Origin: Sphyrna mokarran
Taxonomy: Eukaryota
NCBI GenBank assembly: GCA_024679065.1
Contig: JAGIQG010000010.1
Coordinates: 57,722,001-57,786,000 of the forward strand
Direction: 5' to 3'
DNA length: 64,000 bases
Position numbers and translations under genes: made by a program
In this document: positions 24,232-35,266 of the stretch, piece after piece
Numbering within the stretch: the stretch's first letter is position 1
Layout of the letters: every line of letters begins with the position of its first letter
Notes under the pieces: generated by a model
The model's database searches: none
Told to the model about the DNA's origin: nothing
What the model saw: the letters and a program-made list of their open reading frames with translations, nothing else

Positions 24232-24309
24232 TGCAGCACTTCAGTACTTTGCTAAATATAATCATGGACCAATTCAATGAAACTCCATGGTCGTCACTGC
24301 CTTCTTCCA

Positions 24310-24609
24310 GGGATGGCACAGTGGTTAGCACTGCTGCCTCATAGTGCCAGGCACATGGGTTCAATTCCTGGTTTGAATCACTGTCTGCGTAGAGTCTGTA
24401 TGTTCTCCCCGTGTCTGTGTGGGTTACCTCCAGGTGCTCCAGTTTCCTCTCTCAGTCTGAAAGACGTGTTGGTTTGGTGTGTTGGCCATGCTCAATTCTC
24501 CTTCAGTGTACCCAATCCGAAGCTAGAGTGTGACAACTAAGGGATTTTCACAGTAACTTCATTGCAGTGTTAATGTAAGCCTATTTGTGACACTAATAAA
24601 TAAACTTTA
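24310..24609 (+). mobile_element. HE1-type SINE, alternative-tail subfamily
   Basis: HE1 head and V-core; tail GGATTTTCACAGTAACTTCATTGCAGTGTTAATGTAAGCCTATTTGTGACACTAATAAA. Confidence 0.9.
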
Positions 24610-24919
24610 CATTGCACCTGAAAGAGGAAGAACTTTCTGGGCAATATTAGCTTTCATTTGTTCTGCAGATTATGAGTGTTTTGTGGCCAATGGTATTTCT
24701 CGGGTATTCTCTATGTGTTAATTTGTTTTCTTCCATAACTGCTAGTTTGATGGTAACTGCTCTGAAGATGTATGTACGGTTCTATCAGTAACTGGTATAT
24801 GTCTACACAGTCCTATAGTAACTAATTTAGAGGAAACAGACTCAACCCTTTCACTAACTAGTACAATTTATTGTTTAATTTGTTGCAGGGTTGACTTGGG
24901 CAAAACTCATTATTCTACC

Positions 24920-25262
24920 AGGCAGTGGCATAGTGGTATTGTCACTGGGCTGGTAATCCAGAGACTCAAGGTAATGATCTGGAGGCCTTGGTTGGAATCT
25001 CGTTATGGCAAATGGTGAAATTTGAATTCAATGAAGATCTCAAAATTAAGCTTCATGACAACCGTGAAATCACTGTTGATTGTCGTAAACACCCAGCTGC
25101 TTCACTAATGTCCTTTAGGAAAGGAAATCAGCCATCCTTACCCAATCTGGCCTAAATGTGATTTCAGAGTCAAAGCATTGTGATTGATTTTCAAATGCCC
25201 TCTGAAATTTAGGGCAGTTAGTCCTGCCAGTGATGCCCACATCCTGTGAATGAATAAAAAAG
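24920..25262 (+). mobile_element. tRNA-derived SINE with L2/CR1-type tail
   Basis: Head GTGGCATAGTGGTATTGTCACTGG; core TTCACTAATGTCCTTTAGGAAAGGAAATC; tail GATGCCCACATCCTGTGAATGAATAAAAA. Confidence 0.8.
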
Positions 25263-26669
25263 CAAAGATGCCATGCTTAACTATACTAAATGATTGAGGG
25301 AATCTGACTGCTTCTGTATGGGAGTAGCAACAGTTTTTAAATTAATACAATATGTTTAGAAATTTGGTTTTGGACAGCACAACAGACATTTTCCCTTATT
25401 TCCTGTGTATCTTCCAAGCCAGTCCTGAGAGAGCCATGCAAACATTTTCTGTATTGAATAAAAGATAATCACACAGGTTTATTAATAAATAGATGGAAAA
25501 TGTCCAGGCTGCTCCATCGGGTCATTTTAGAAAGAATAATTCATTAGAAATCGATGAATTGTGAAAAATGTAATCTAATTCATTTGAAACATAAACTTTG
25601 TCTGGAACAAATTGTCCATTTTTCTTCCTTGTGATAGCGAAGCAGATGGAGTTTCTTCATTTTCTCATTTCATTTGGAGCACAAGAAACTGAACGGAATA
25701 AAATAATTCAGTTGTTTTTAGTCCTGAAGTTGGCAAATATGTCCACATTTGAATAAAACATTACTAAAACATTTGCTAAGGAAAAAAGACAAATAGGCAC
25801 TAAATTATTTTTGCAAATTTTGTGATGCTTTAATATTGAAAATTCTATTTGCTTGGCTATTGTTGGGACGTATCAATGTAAAATCAATAACCACATTGTG
25901 ACCTTCATACTTGTACCGAAATGTAGGAATCATTTATTTTGACAAATCTAAGACTTGACCAGATGATATACAGCATCAAAATCATTTTCATCAGTGTAGC
26001 TGGCTTTACATCAAGTGTGAAAATCTGAGTTCTTGCTCGCATTCATTTGAATATCTTCCCCAAAGGTACCACCACTTGAGGGGTTAAATAGGAGGAAGAA
26101 CATCTGGCAAAATACTTTGTATTGCTCCAGAGTTGGAATTTTCTATTTCTCCAAGACAAGATTCATGGATTTGCACATAAAATTTCCATGTGGTTGGATC
26201 CTTACCTCAATTGTGCCAATAAGAGACATCAAGTGGATCCAGTCAACTGCCAAATTGGTGCAGCAAGTTTATTTATTGAGACTCTTAGCCCAATGGATAA
26301 GGACAGTTCCAAGTTTGATTCATGTGATGATTAACAACAATCTCAGCTAGAATGACTAAGGATTGAACAATCGACTTGTGCATTGCTTGTTGGGCAAGGG
26401 GTTGAGGAATTGCAAATTTGGCAATTCCTGATTGCTATTAATTGACGTCTGGTGATTGTATTTTGGTCAGGACAGAAGCTGTGGTCAACTTGTTTGCACA
26501 CAGGAAACTGTCACAAAAACATTCTACAATTTCACCTGCCAGATTACGCCCCAACAAGTAAGAGAGTCATAAAATCGATAAGGAAAAGAAAAATAAATCA
26601 AGTGGCGGCTGGTCAGGGAATATCTGTAAGAGTCCACTTGGACAGCCAGCTTTGCCAAGATAAAGACAG

Positions 26670-27153
26670 GGGATGGAATTTAATGCCCTTCTCCATGGCA
26701 AGTTTGGTGCCAGGTCCATTTATTAATGGAGGAGGCTGGCAGTTGGGGACCTTACCCAGATCCCCAGATCTGTGCCCTGTTTAAGTCCATGGTAGGAAGA
26801 TCCATGGACAGCCTTCCCAGCTCACTGCCAATTCAAGATCACTTAAAGGCCACGTTCTGTCAACATTTGGATTGATCAAGGACAAAAGGGCATAATCAAA
26901 AAATAAAACAGAGAGAGCAAGGTCTGCCACAGAGATCTGCATATGTATAATAGCTTCCTCTGCTGCAAGAACAAGCTGGCTGGTGAACTAAGCCTCACCT
27001 ACTATCTCTAATGACTGGAAACAGCCTAGCCCATGTTTTCATGTAGTAAATGCATAAGATTGGATGGAAAGAGACTCACCCAAAAAATGGAGCTGAAACT
27101 CTCCCGATTTCACGCTAGCTGGACACTTTGAATTTTTCTCATAAAATCCACCT
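26670..27153. mobile_element. Harbinger-like TIR element
   Basis: Ends GGGATGGAATTTAATG / CATAAAATCCACC. Confidence 0.5.
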
Positions 27154-27322
27154 CATGTGTTTTTCATGCACACTGCTGGCACTTAGAATTTTAATTATAA
27201 TCCTGTGGGAAAGGGCAAGAGGAGAAAATGTGGAAATGCCACGGTCCTTGTTGAAGAGTTGGGAAAGACATGCAAATCACAAAACCTCAACTCTATCTTT
27301 ATTGCTGAGATAGTCTGTCTCA

Positions 27323-28353
27323 TCACGACTGTTTTCTTAGTGTAACTTCAGACCCAAATCTCCCCACTCTGTGCAATGCAGAGGTCACAATCGTGAATAT
27401 CATTAAAAACCCAAGGGACTGGACCTATTTACACCAGAATCTGACAGTTCCAGAACTCTGCGCATGCACAGCGGCTCTGATCAGTCAGTCTCCCCATTTG
27501 CAGGCTAGCTCAATTGCTGGCCAATCTGGAAGACCCGTAATGCTGCCCCTCCAGCATCCCCCATGGCCCGATTGCGGCCCTCATAAGAATTCCCGGGCCA
27601 GCCGCACCCCTGCTAACCCCCTTCTGGGGTCAGACACACCCCTCCCAACAGATGGCAGGCAGAAACCCCCTTGGGAGGCAGCCTGCCACCTTCCCCAGTA
27701 GAATGCACCCCCTCAAACACCCCCCTCAGCAGAATGCACCCCCTCAACCCACCCCAATTGCTCCCTCCAGTCCAGATTGATGCAGAGTGGCAGCAGCACC
27801 CCTCAACCTCACCAATCGCTCTTACACTCTGTCCCCTTTGCCCCACCCCCTTCTCCCTTCCCATTGCTTGGTGGGCAGTGCCAAGGTGCCCCATGAGCAT
27901 GAGCACTTTGCTCCTTGTACAGGCTGGCACTGCCAAGGTGCCTATGTCCAGGAGGCATCATCCCCGACACCCAACCCCCTGGAGGACACCAATTGCACCC
28001 ACTTCACTCCAGCAAGGTCTCTCACTAGCTCCCTGAATGTGGGGAGTTAGTCTATACCCTTCCAGAGTGAAGTATTCCTGGCAGGATGGCTGATGCTTTT
28101 GGGTCCAGCTAGTTCCGTGCCAGGCCCAATAATCACATGTAAAATAGATTTAAAATACATTTAAAAAAGATTTAAATCACTTAGCTCTCTTCCTGCCAGT
28201 TTCCAGCACAGTCCCAACTACAACTGTTCCTTGGCTCTGAGAGATGTGTTTGCATCAGGAACGCATGCGTGAATCCCATGAAATGGCCAACATGCGATTC
28301 TCCCAATCGGATTTGCTAGAAAATCTGTGGGTCATAGTGGGAGAATCGCCCCC
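27323..28353 (+). mobile_element. ~1-kb Harbinger-like element, copy B (left TIR lost)
   Basis: Colinear with copy A; right TIR GTGGGAGAATCGCCCCC. Confidence 0.8.
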
Positions 28354-28444
28354 TCAGTTTCTATCTACGTATGGAATAGGAATTAGTTCTCTTCTAATTA
28401 ATTATCAAAATTATCAAAATCACCTGATCCCTCACTTAGCTTGA

Positions 28445-28748
28445 GGATGGCAGAGTGGTTAACAGTGCTGTCTCACAGCACCAGGGACCTGGGTTTGATT
28501 CCCGGCTTGGACCAGTATTTGTGCAGAATCTGCATGTTCTCCCCATGTCTGCGTGGGTTTCCTCTGAGTGCTCTGGTATCGTCCCACAGTCTGAAAGACG
28601 TGCTGGTTAGGTATATCCAGCCATGCTAAACTCTCCTTCAGTGTACCCAAACAGGCACCAGAGTGTGGCGACAAGGAGATTTTCACAGTAACTTCATTGC
28701 AGTGTTAATGTAAGTCTACTGGTGACACTAATAAGCAAATTAAACCTT
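28445..28748 (+). mobile_element. HE1-type SINE, alternative-tail subfamily
   Basis: Near-identical organisation to 24310-24609. Confidence 0.9.
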
Positions 28749-30369
28749 ACCCTATTGTTTTCAACCTCGCCTCAATTTTGCATGATAGACCTTAGAACTT
28801 TTACTTTGGTTTCTCAATTTTTTTTTTTTAAATCAAGTTACTTTTTAACCTTTACTATGAATCTGAAGATATCTTTATTCCCTGCCCCAACTAGCTATGC
28901 CTATTTTTCATTGACATGTATTTTCTGTAATCAAGTTGGTTGTTTGCCTTGTCACACCCCTCGCCCACTTCTCATCTTTTGGTCAGTGATGTATAGCTCT
29001 CGAGTATTGCAATCTTTCTCAGATATTTTAATGGGAGTAGTCTGCGCTCACTTCCGTTGTGAGCGACAAAGGTCCCTGCTGAATATTGTTGTGTGGTTAT
29101 TTTATGATGGGAGAGGTTTTTTAACTATAGTAATGAATTGTCTCATGATTTAGGCAGTCAGTAACTAAACTTTATATTTTTTTTTATCTTGTGTGTCTTC
29201 TATTAAATATCCATTGCTAAAATAACAAGCTCACAGTAAAAACCTGAGAAAAACTGATGTTTCAATTGAATTCAGCAGTCTCCAATTTATTTATAATCCA
29301 TTTCCTACTGGGTTTTGTGTTTTTTTTTAAGTGTGTTTTGTTTTGTAAACAATCTGGATCATTTCTGAGGTTGGACCATTTAGAAAGTCGAATAAAAAAG
29401 TTTCCCTACATAATGTGGCAGAAGTCCTGCCAACAATAGTTCTTAATAAGTACAGTTCGTCAAAATCATTGGCTCACTTGCTGCTGATGAATGAATGTAA
29501 GAAATAAATGATATAAAACGGCAGTTACCAAAAACGTATCTTACAAATGAAGTTGTGGCGAATACAGCTATCATCAATTGCCATAGCAACATCATAATGA
29601 ATCAGATTATATGATTGCACTGAAGGAAAAAATGTTGCTATCGATTTGGGAATCAACTTCCACTTATAATTTAAATTAAATCAATCAGAACATGACTTTG
29701 ATGGAAACTTGGTGTTAAAATATTTAAGAGATAGCTTTCCAACTTGAGGGAGTTGCCCATTCTGTTGTTCTTTCAGTGTAGGGGGTCTGAAGAACAAGAA
29801 GGTTAAGCACTCTGGACTGCAGTAAAATGCTTGCTGTGTGGTGTGGAGTCAATTTGAGTGCCTGCAATTTATGTAACTCATGTTGTCTTGCCATCATCAG
29901 TCAAATTTTATCAGTTAATTTAAGCAGAATGGTTGGATCACAGAAATGTTTCCAAAAGCTATTTTAAATATCTGTTAATTTGTACGCATTGTATGGAAAC
30001 AAGTCTTCTTACCTTGTTTACTCCAGTCCAATTCTGGCATCTCCATATCATAAAAACAAGGCATCAGGCAAATGTTGGTGTTTGCTTTTAATTCAGAGAG
30101 GATTTTAGCCTGATGGAGACAGCAGGAATCCACAGTAGCAACAACTGCCAGAACTTATATTAATATGTTGTCAGCATACTGCTCACAGCTAAAGATCAAC
30201 AAATTGAATACTGCTTACAGGTAAAGATCAACAAATCTCCAGAAGAAGGTGGTTAGAGGTGCTTATGGGAGGAAAGAACTCAGGGCAGAGGAGGAGTTTT
30301 ACTTTGAATTCTGCAAAAAACTATGTTGCTCTCCAGTTGGGCTTTCTGAGCCATTACAATTGTGCTTTT

Positions 30370-30545
30370 TGCAGAATGTGGACATTGCTTGCAAAGCCAG
30401 CTGATTCCTAATTGCCCCTCCAGATTTATTAACTAAACTGAAATTCTAAAGCTGCCACAGGGGAATTTGAACTTTTGTCCCAAGAGCATTAGCCTGGGCA
30501 ACATGATCAGTACGTCATCATTTCCCCATGTGCAGTACCACCACT
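30370..30545 (-). mobile_element. Decayed SINE of the 24920 family
   Basis: ATGTGGACATTGCT..GCCAGC..CCTAATTGCCC..GAATTTGAAC..GAGCATTAGCCTGGG. Confidence 0.5.
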
Positions 30546-30699
30546 GGAAACATAGTACAAGACAAACTAGTTAACAGAACAAAACACGAATGTGAAAGCA
30601 AGTTAGAGCAAATGACAGAGATAAGGGAATGAATGACCTGCCAATGAATGGGAGCAGACAGCAGGTTGTGGAAACATTACCATTTGCGTACAATGGGAA

Positions 30700-30830
30700 A
30701 TTTTCATACACTGATCCCATCTGTGCCTGCCCGTTGCCAACAAGAACCGAGAATTTGGTGCTCAGCCAAAACTCCATTAGCTGCCATGATACCGGAGAAT
30801 CCCAGCCGTGGACGAGGTCAGAGGTCTTGG
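30700..30830. mobile_element. Short Harbinger-like MITE
   Basis: GAGAATTTGGTGCTCAGCCAAAACTCCATT..CCGGAGAATCCCAGCC motifs typical of the MITE set here. Confidence 0.45.
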
Positions 30831-31691
30831 CAATTGTCTCTCTAAAGCAAAGGAGATAGGCTGCAGTGAGGGTCGTTGAGTCCTGGGCCCTGCAAAGGTA
30901 CATGGAAAACATCTGAGAACAGAGTAGAAAACAAGTCTAAACCTTTTAGCTAGAAAGTTGGTGGACATATTAAAGAATGGGATGGATTTTTCTTTTGCAC
31001 GGAATAAATTTTGTTGGCATTTTTCTATTCATTTTAGGATAAATATTATCCCTTAACATTTAGGAAGGTAGGTGGAAAACAAGGGTGCCAGCTCAATAGG
31101 CTGAAAAAAACGTATTTTCAATGTTTGCAGACAATGCTGAGTTGGTATTGTTAAATCAGGAGAACTGCGACAAAATGCAGGAAGGATGAACCTGCAGAAA
31201 TGATGCATAGTTGACAAAAGAATTTCAGTATCAGTAGATGTATGGTGGTGTATTTTAACAGCAAAATAAGAAGGCCACATATTACTTGGAAAATAAATGT
31301 CTAGATGGATAGAAAAGAAAGAGTTTGGGGCAACAAATAAATAAATTACTAAAATCATGGATGCAGGTTCATAGGTCGGTTTTCAAGAAGTGATTAATGT
31401 ACTAGTGTTCATTTCTAAAGAAATGGAACTGTGAAAGGCAGAAGTTATGTTAAGCTTGTTCAGAACCATAGTTAGACTATGTTATGAATAAGTCTCGACT
31501 CCATATTAGAAAAAGGACAGGAAAGGATTTACTAGACTTACACCAAAATCAAGATGTTATACCTCTATCAGGAAAGATTAAACAGTTTGTGGCACTTTTC
31601 TCCAGAAAGGACATGATAGAAATATTTATTATTATGAACTGGTTTGATAGGATTGATGTGAAGAACATGTTTCTTCTTGTGGGGAGACTAT

Positions 31692-33330
31692 AGGCGAGAT
31701 TTTTATTGGATCCGGAAGACTCTGCAAGCCTTTAAAAATAGCAGTTGGGGCCTGGATGCCAAAGTCCTGCCTTCATTCTGACAGACTCAATTTTGCTGTT
31801 GGGGAAAGGAATGCACCTGGGATGGGACCAAATTCTCACAATGGGGAAATCTGAACACAGCAAAGCCATTTAAACTCAGTCTTGAACTGCAACATATTCC
31901 ATTTTAGCTGTTGCAAGGACCTTAACCTGCACTATAAGAGCCATAATTGATACAATACACATAAATACTCTTGGAGGATATCTATGCTGGGTGCCTCCAA
32001 TGATAATGTCTATATAATCATTGTTATCTAGTGTTATTTAAATGCCTTGCTTTGTAATGTTAATAAATACCAGCTGCAGTTGTCAGTTTTTTTTAAAAAA
32101 AAAGGTCCTTCTGGTGTACTGCTTTAATTGACAGTCCAATTGCTGTAAGTTAGAAAAAAACACAAGTATCTCATTGTACAATTTGAATTGTTCCTTGTTG
32201 ATATTTCCTCAAGGGCAAATATTATGTCTTTATGAATGCTTGAAAAGCTATAATTATTTCAGCAGAGAATTCTGAGTTCAGATATTGACAGTTTAAAGAA
32301 GCCATTAAAGGATTAGCTATCGTTGATATGGAATATGAAGAAGTTTGTTCAGTTTTATAACAGATTAACTGCTGGAGTTTTAAATGGGTTCTATGAATGG
32401 GAGTTTTTCTACTATCTAATATGGATGAACGATTACTGTTTTAGATTGCTGGAAGTACAATGCGACATGGCTCCTGGAGTCTGCCCATGGTGGATACTGA
32501 CTGAGTGGCTAAGGAAATGCCATAGATGGTACAAGCAGCCATGGGGTTGGTTAGGGAAGTTGATATGGAAGATATAAGGGATGTTGGGTGTTTGTTGGTA
32601 GACATGATCCAATAGCACAGTAGTTGGCATTGCTGCCTCACAGCACTATGGGCATAGGATCAATTCCAGCCTTGGGTGACTGTGTTGCTTTTACACATTT
32701 CTCTGTGTATGTTTCCTCCAGTTGCTCTGATCTCCTCTCACAGTCCAAAGATGTGCAAGTTAAGGACTGGCCAAGATAAATTGCCCTTTAGTGTTCAGAG
32801 ATGCATTGCTTGAGTGGATTAGCTGTAGTAAATGTGCAGGTTTATTAGAATAGAATGGAGGAAGGGCCGGGATGGGATACTCTTTCAGAGAGTCACTGTA
32901 CTCTAGATGGGCTGAATGGCCTGTTTCTGCACTGGAAGGTTCAATGGTTCCGTGATTTGGCATGGAGAGCATGAGGTATCATGGGATGGTGAACTGGGGT
33001 ACATGAGCTAATGTTGAATTGGCATGGAGGGTATGAAGATCTGTTGGGGGTGTGGGTGAGCAGTTGTGAGTTGTGGAGACTAGAGGATCTAACAGTTTTT
33101 GAAAGAACTGGGATAATCTCCCAGAGAAACAAGGCAGGCCTTCTGGACAGCCTGTTTTGCCACTCATGCTCTGCTTCTGGAATCAGAAGTGCCATATCCA
33201 TCCTGAACCCACACACCACATCCCCTTACACAGAGGAAAATAGTCACTCGATTCAGAGCACATTTTACCTAAGGCAAGTCTGGCAAGTCAAAAAATGAGC
33301 CAGCAGTTTTAGCAGGGAAAATCCAGTCCT
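31692..33330. mobile_element. Harbinger-like TIR element inside CR1 (contains an HE1 SINE)
   Basis: Ends AGGCGAGATTTT / AAAATCCAGTCC, flanked by TAT-like triplets; interrupts colinear CR1 sequence. Confidence 0.55.
32613..32952 (+). mobile_element. HE1-type SINE (CR1 tail), diverged
   Basis: GCATTGCTGCCTCACAGC..CAGTCCAAAGATGTGC..AAATTGCCCTTTAGTG..GATGGGCTGAATGGCC. Confidence 0.85.
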
Positions 33331-34139
33331 ATATTTAAGGTCATGAATAGAAGATGCACATTCATAAATTCAACGGGGAGTTCAGGACAATATCCTTACC
33401 TGGAGAGCAGTTAGAGATGGAACTCATTACCACAAGAAACAGTGGAGGCATCCAGCATAGATGCATTTAAGTGAAATCTAGATAAGCACTTGATGAAGAA
33501 AAGAGTAGAAGGATTCATTGATAGTTTTGATGAAGAATGGTGAATGCATTTAGGGCAAAACAGTGACATGGATCCAGTAGGCAGAACAGCTTGTTTTTCT
33601 ATTATAAATGCTATCTAATACTGTGTGAAATATGTTATGATGGTGTTGATTAGATATTATTTTCTGAGAGAAATTGGTAGGATTTTCCTATGGGCTTTGG
33701 ACTCCAATAACAGAAGAAAACAGTGATCCCAAGTCCAGCCACCTAGAGGCTAGAGTGACAGAGCTACCTCCTTTCAAGTAGCCTCATTTAATTGGATAAA
33801 AACAAGCTTCAAAAGCTGCCAATCCAACTAAAGGCTCAACAGTGGTAGGGCATTAGCAACCATATAAGGAGAGGTGGGAGCTTCTGAGATAGGTTTCACT
33901 ATGAGAGTGAACTTTCTGTGCCGAAAAATTGGCCCCAATCCCAATCTGATGCAGCTTCCCACTATTTTCCGATTTCTACTCCTGCCACCATGGGAAAACG
34001 TAGGTCATTGTGTATTTTTGAGTGCCTAATTAATTCTTGTAGCCTTAACTTTCATGTTCACGAAAGATGAGTCCTAACTGCTGACAATGGGAGTTTTTCT
34101 AGCATTTTCAAATATTATCAATTCCCAATTCAATTCGCA

Positions 34140-34278
34140 ATAGTCAGTTACATGGGTAAGATGGGTATAGAGGGCTTCGTGCCAAATGCGGGCAATTGGG
34201 ATTAGGGCTAAAAAAAAGGGTGGCATGGACAAGTTGGGACAAAAGTCTTGTTTCCATACTGTAAACCTCTATGACTCC
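34140..34278 (+). mobile_element. CR1 3' UTR fragment
   Basis: TTACATGGGTAAGATGGGTATAGAG matches 15854-15878; ends CTGTAAACCTCTATGACTC. Confidence 0.8.
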
Positions 34279-35056
34279 AGCTTTCTTGATTCAATAAGCA
34301 CAATTAGCATATTTTTGAAGTAAAAGTGATATTGTGCAAGAGCCTGCTGTACTGCAGAGTTTAATTGCAAACAGACCTCAGACCAACTAAGAACACTGCT
34401 ATAATCATTTCAATCTTTCCTATTTGTTGATATTATCAATATCTAATAATCAGGATCCACAGCAATAAATGTGAAGGGTATGCTTCAGGCTAATCAGTTT
34501 AATGTGGAATTAAACACACTAGCTATGCAGCAAAAGACACAACCATGACAAGTAGTGAGAATCTGTCCAGTTGGCACTAATAGCTTTCCTTCTCTTCTTT
34601 CCCTGTCAGTGCCTCAAGTCTTCATGAATTCTACAACATTACATGAGATTTGGGTCAACCCTCAGGAGTTATTTTCCACTGTCTACTGCACTGAGGCCTC
34701 CTGAAATCTCTTACCTTATACTCTTCCTCCAGGAGGACCTGAATAGATTATTGGCAACTACCCAATAATTAATCGGGTTTTTGTTTAAACACTAGGGTGT
34801 AAACCTACTTTGAATGTCTCCATCCAACATTACATTCCTGAACTATTACATATACTTTTTGCCCTTGATCAATCCAGCCTTGTATCATTCTCTTCTCAAG
34901 GCTGTTGCTATGACTGGATTTATAACTCTCTTCCATCTCATCCCTGGATTAATTTAAGTGGCTCCATTATTTGCATTGACCTGCTAATGAGATATTCAAA
35001 ATAGTCTTCCAGTCTAAGTGGTGTGACTCCTCATCAGACTATTGAATCATAGTTAC

Positions 35057-35266
35057 AAAAACACAAAATGCTAGAAAATCTCAGCAGGTCTGACAGCATC
35101 TGTGGAGAGAGAATAGAGCTAATATTGGAGCATGCATTGTCAATGTTTCGAGTCGAGATGACACTTTGCCAGAGCTTTGGTGAAGGGTCATCCAGACTTG
35201 AAATCTTGAGTCTATTCTCTCTCCACAAACCTGCAGAGATTTCCCAGCATTTACTATGTTTATTTT
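35057..35266. mobile_element. Fold-back Penelope terminal element (second family), hammerhead cores degraded
   Basis: Inverted arms AAATGCT..TGTGGAGAGAGAATAGA / TCTATTCTCTCTCCACA..AGCATTT, centred on CAGAGCTTTG; TGAAGGGTCATCCAGACTTGAAA is a remnant core. Confidence 0.8.

Larger units (their letters stand above)
31050..33625 (+). mobile_element. CR1 LINE 3' portion split by an insertion at 31692-33330
   Basis: MNWFDRIDVKNMFLLVG at 31635-31685; CR1 sequence resumes AGGTCAT..AGAT at ~33338 and ends in the CR1 3' UTR. Confidence 0.7.
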
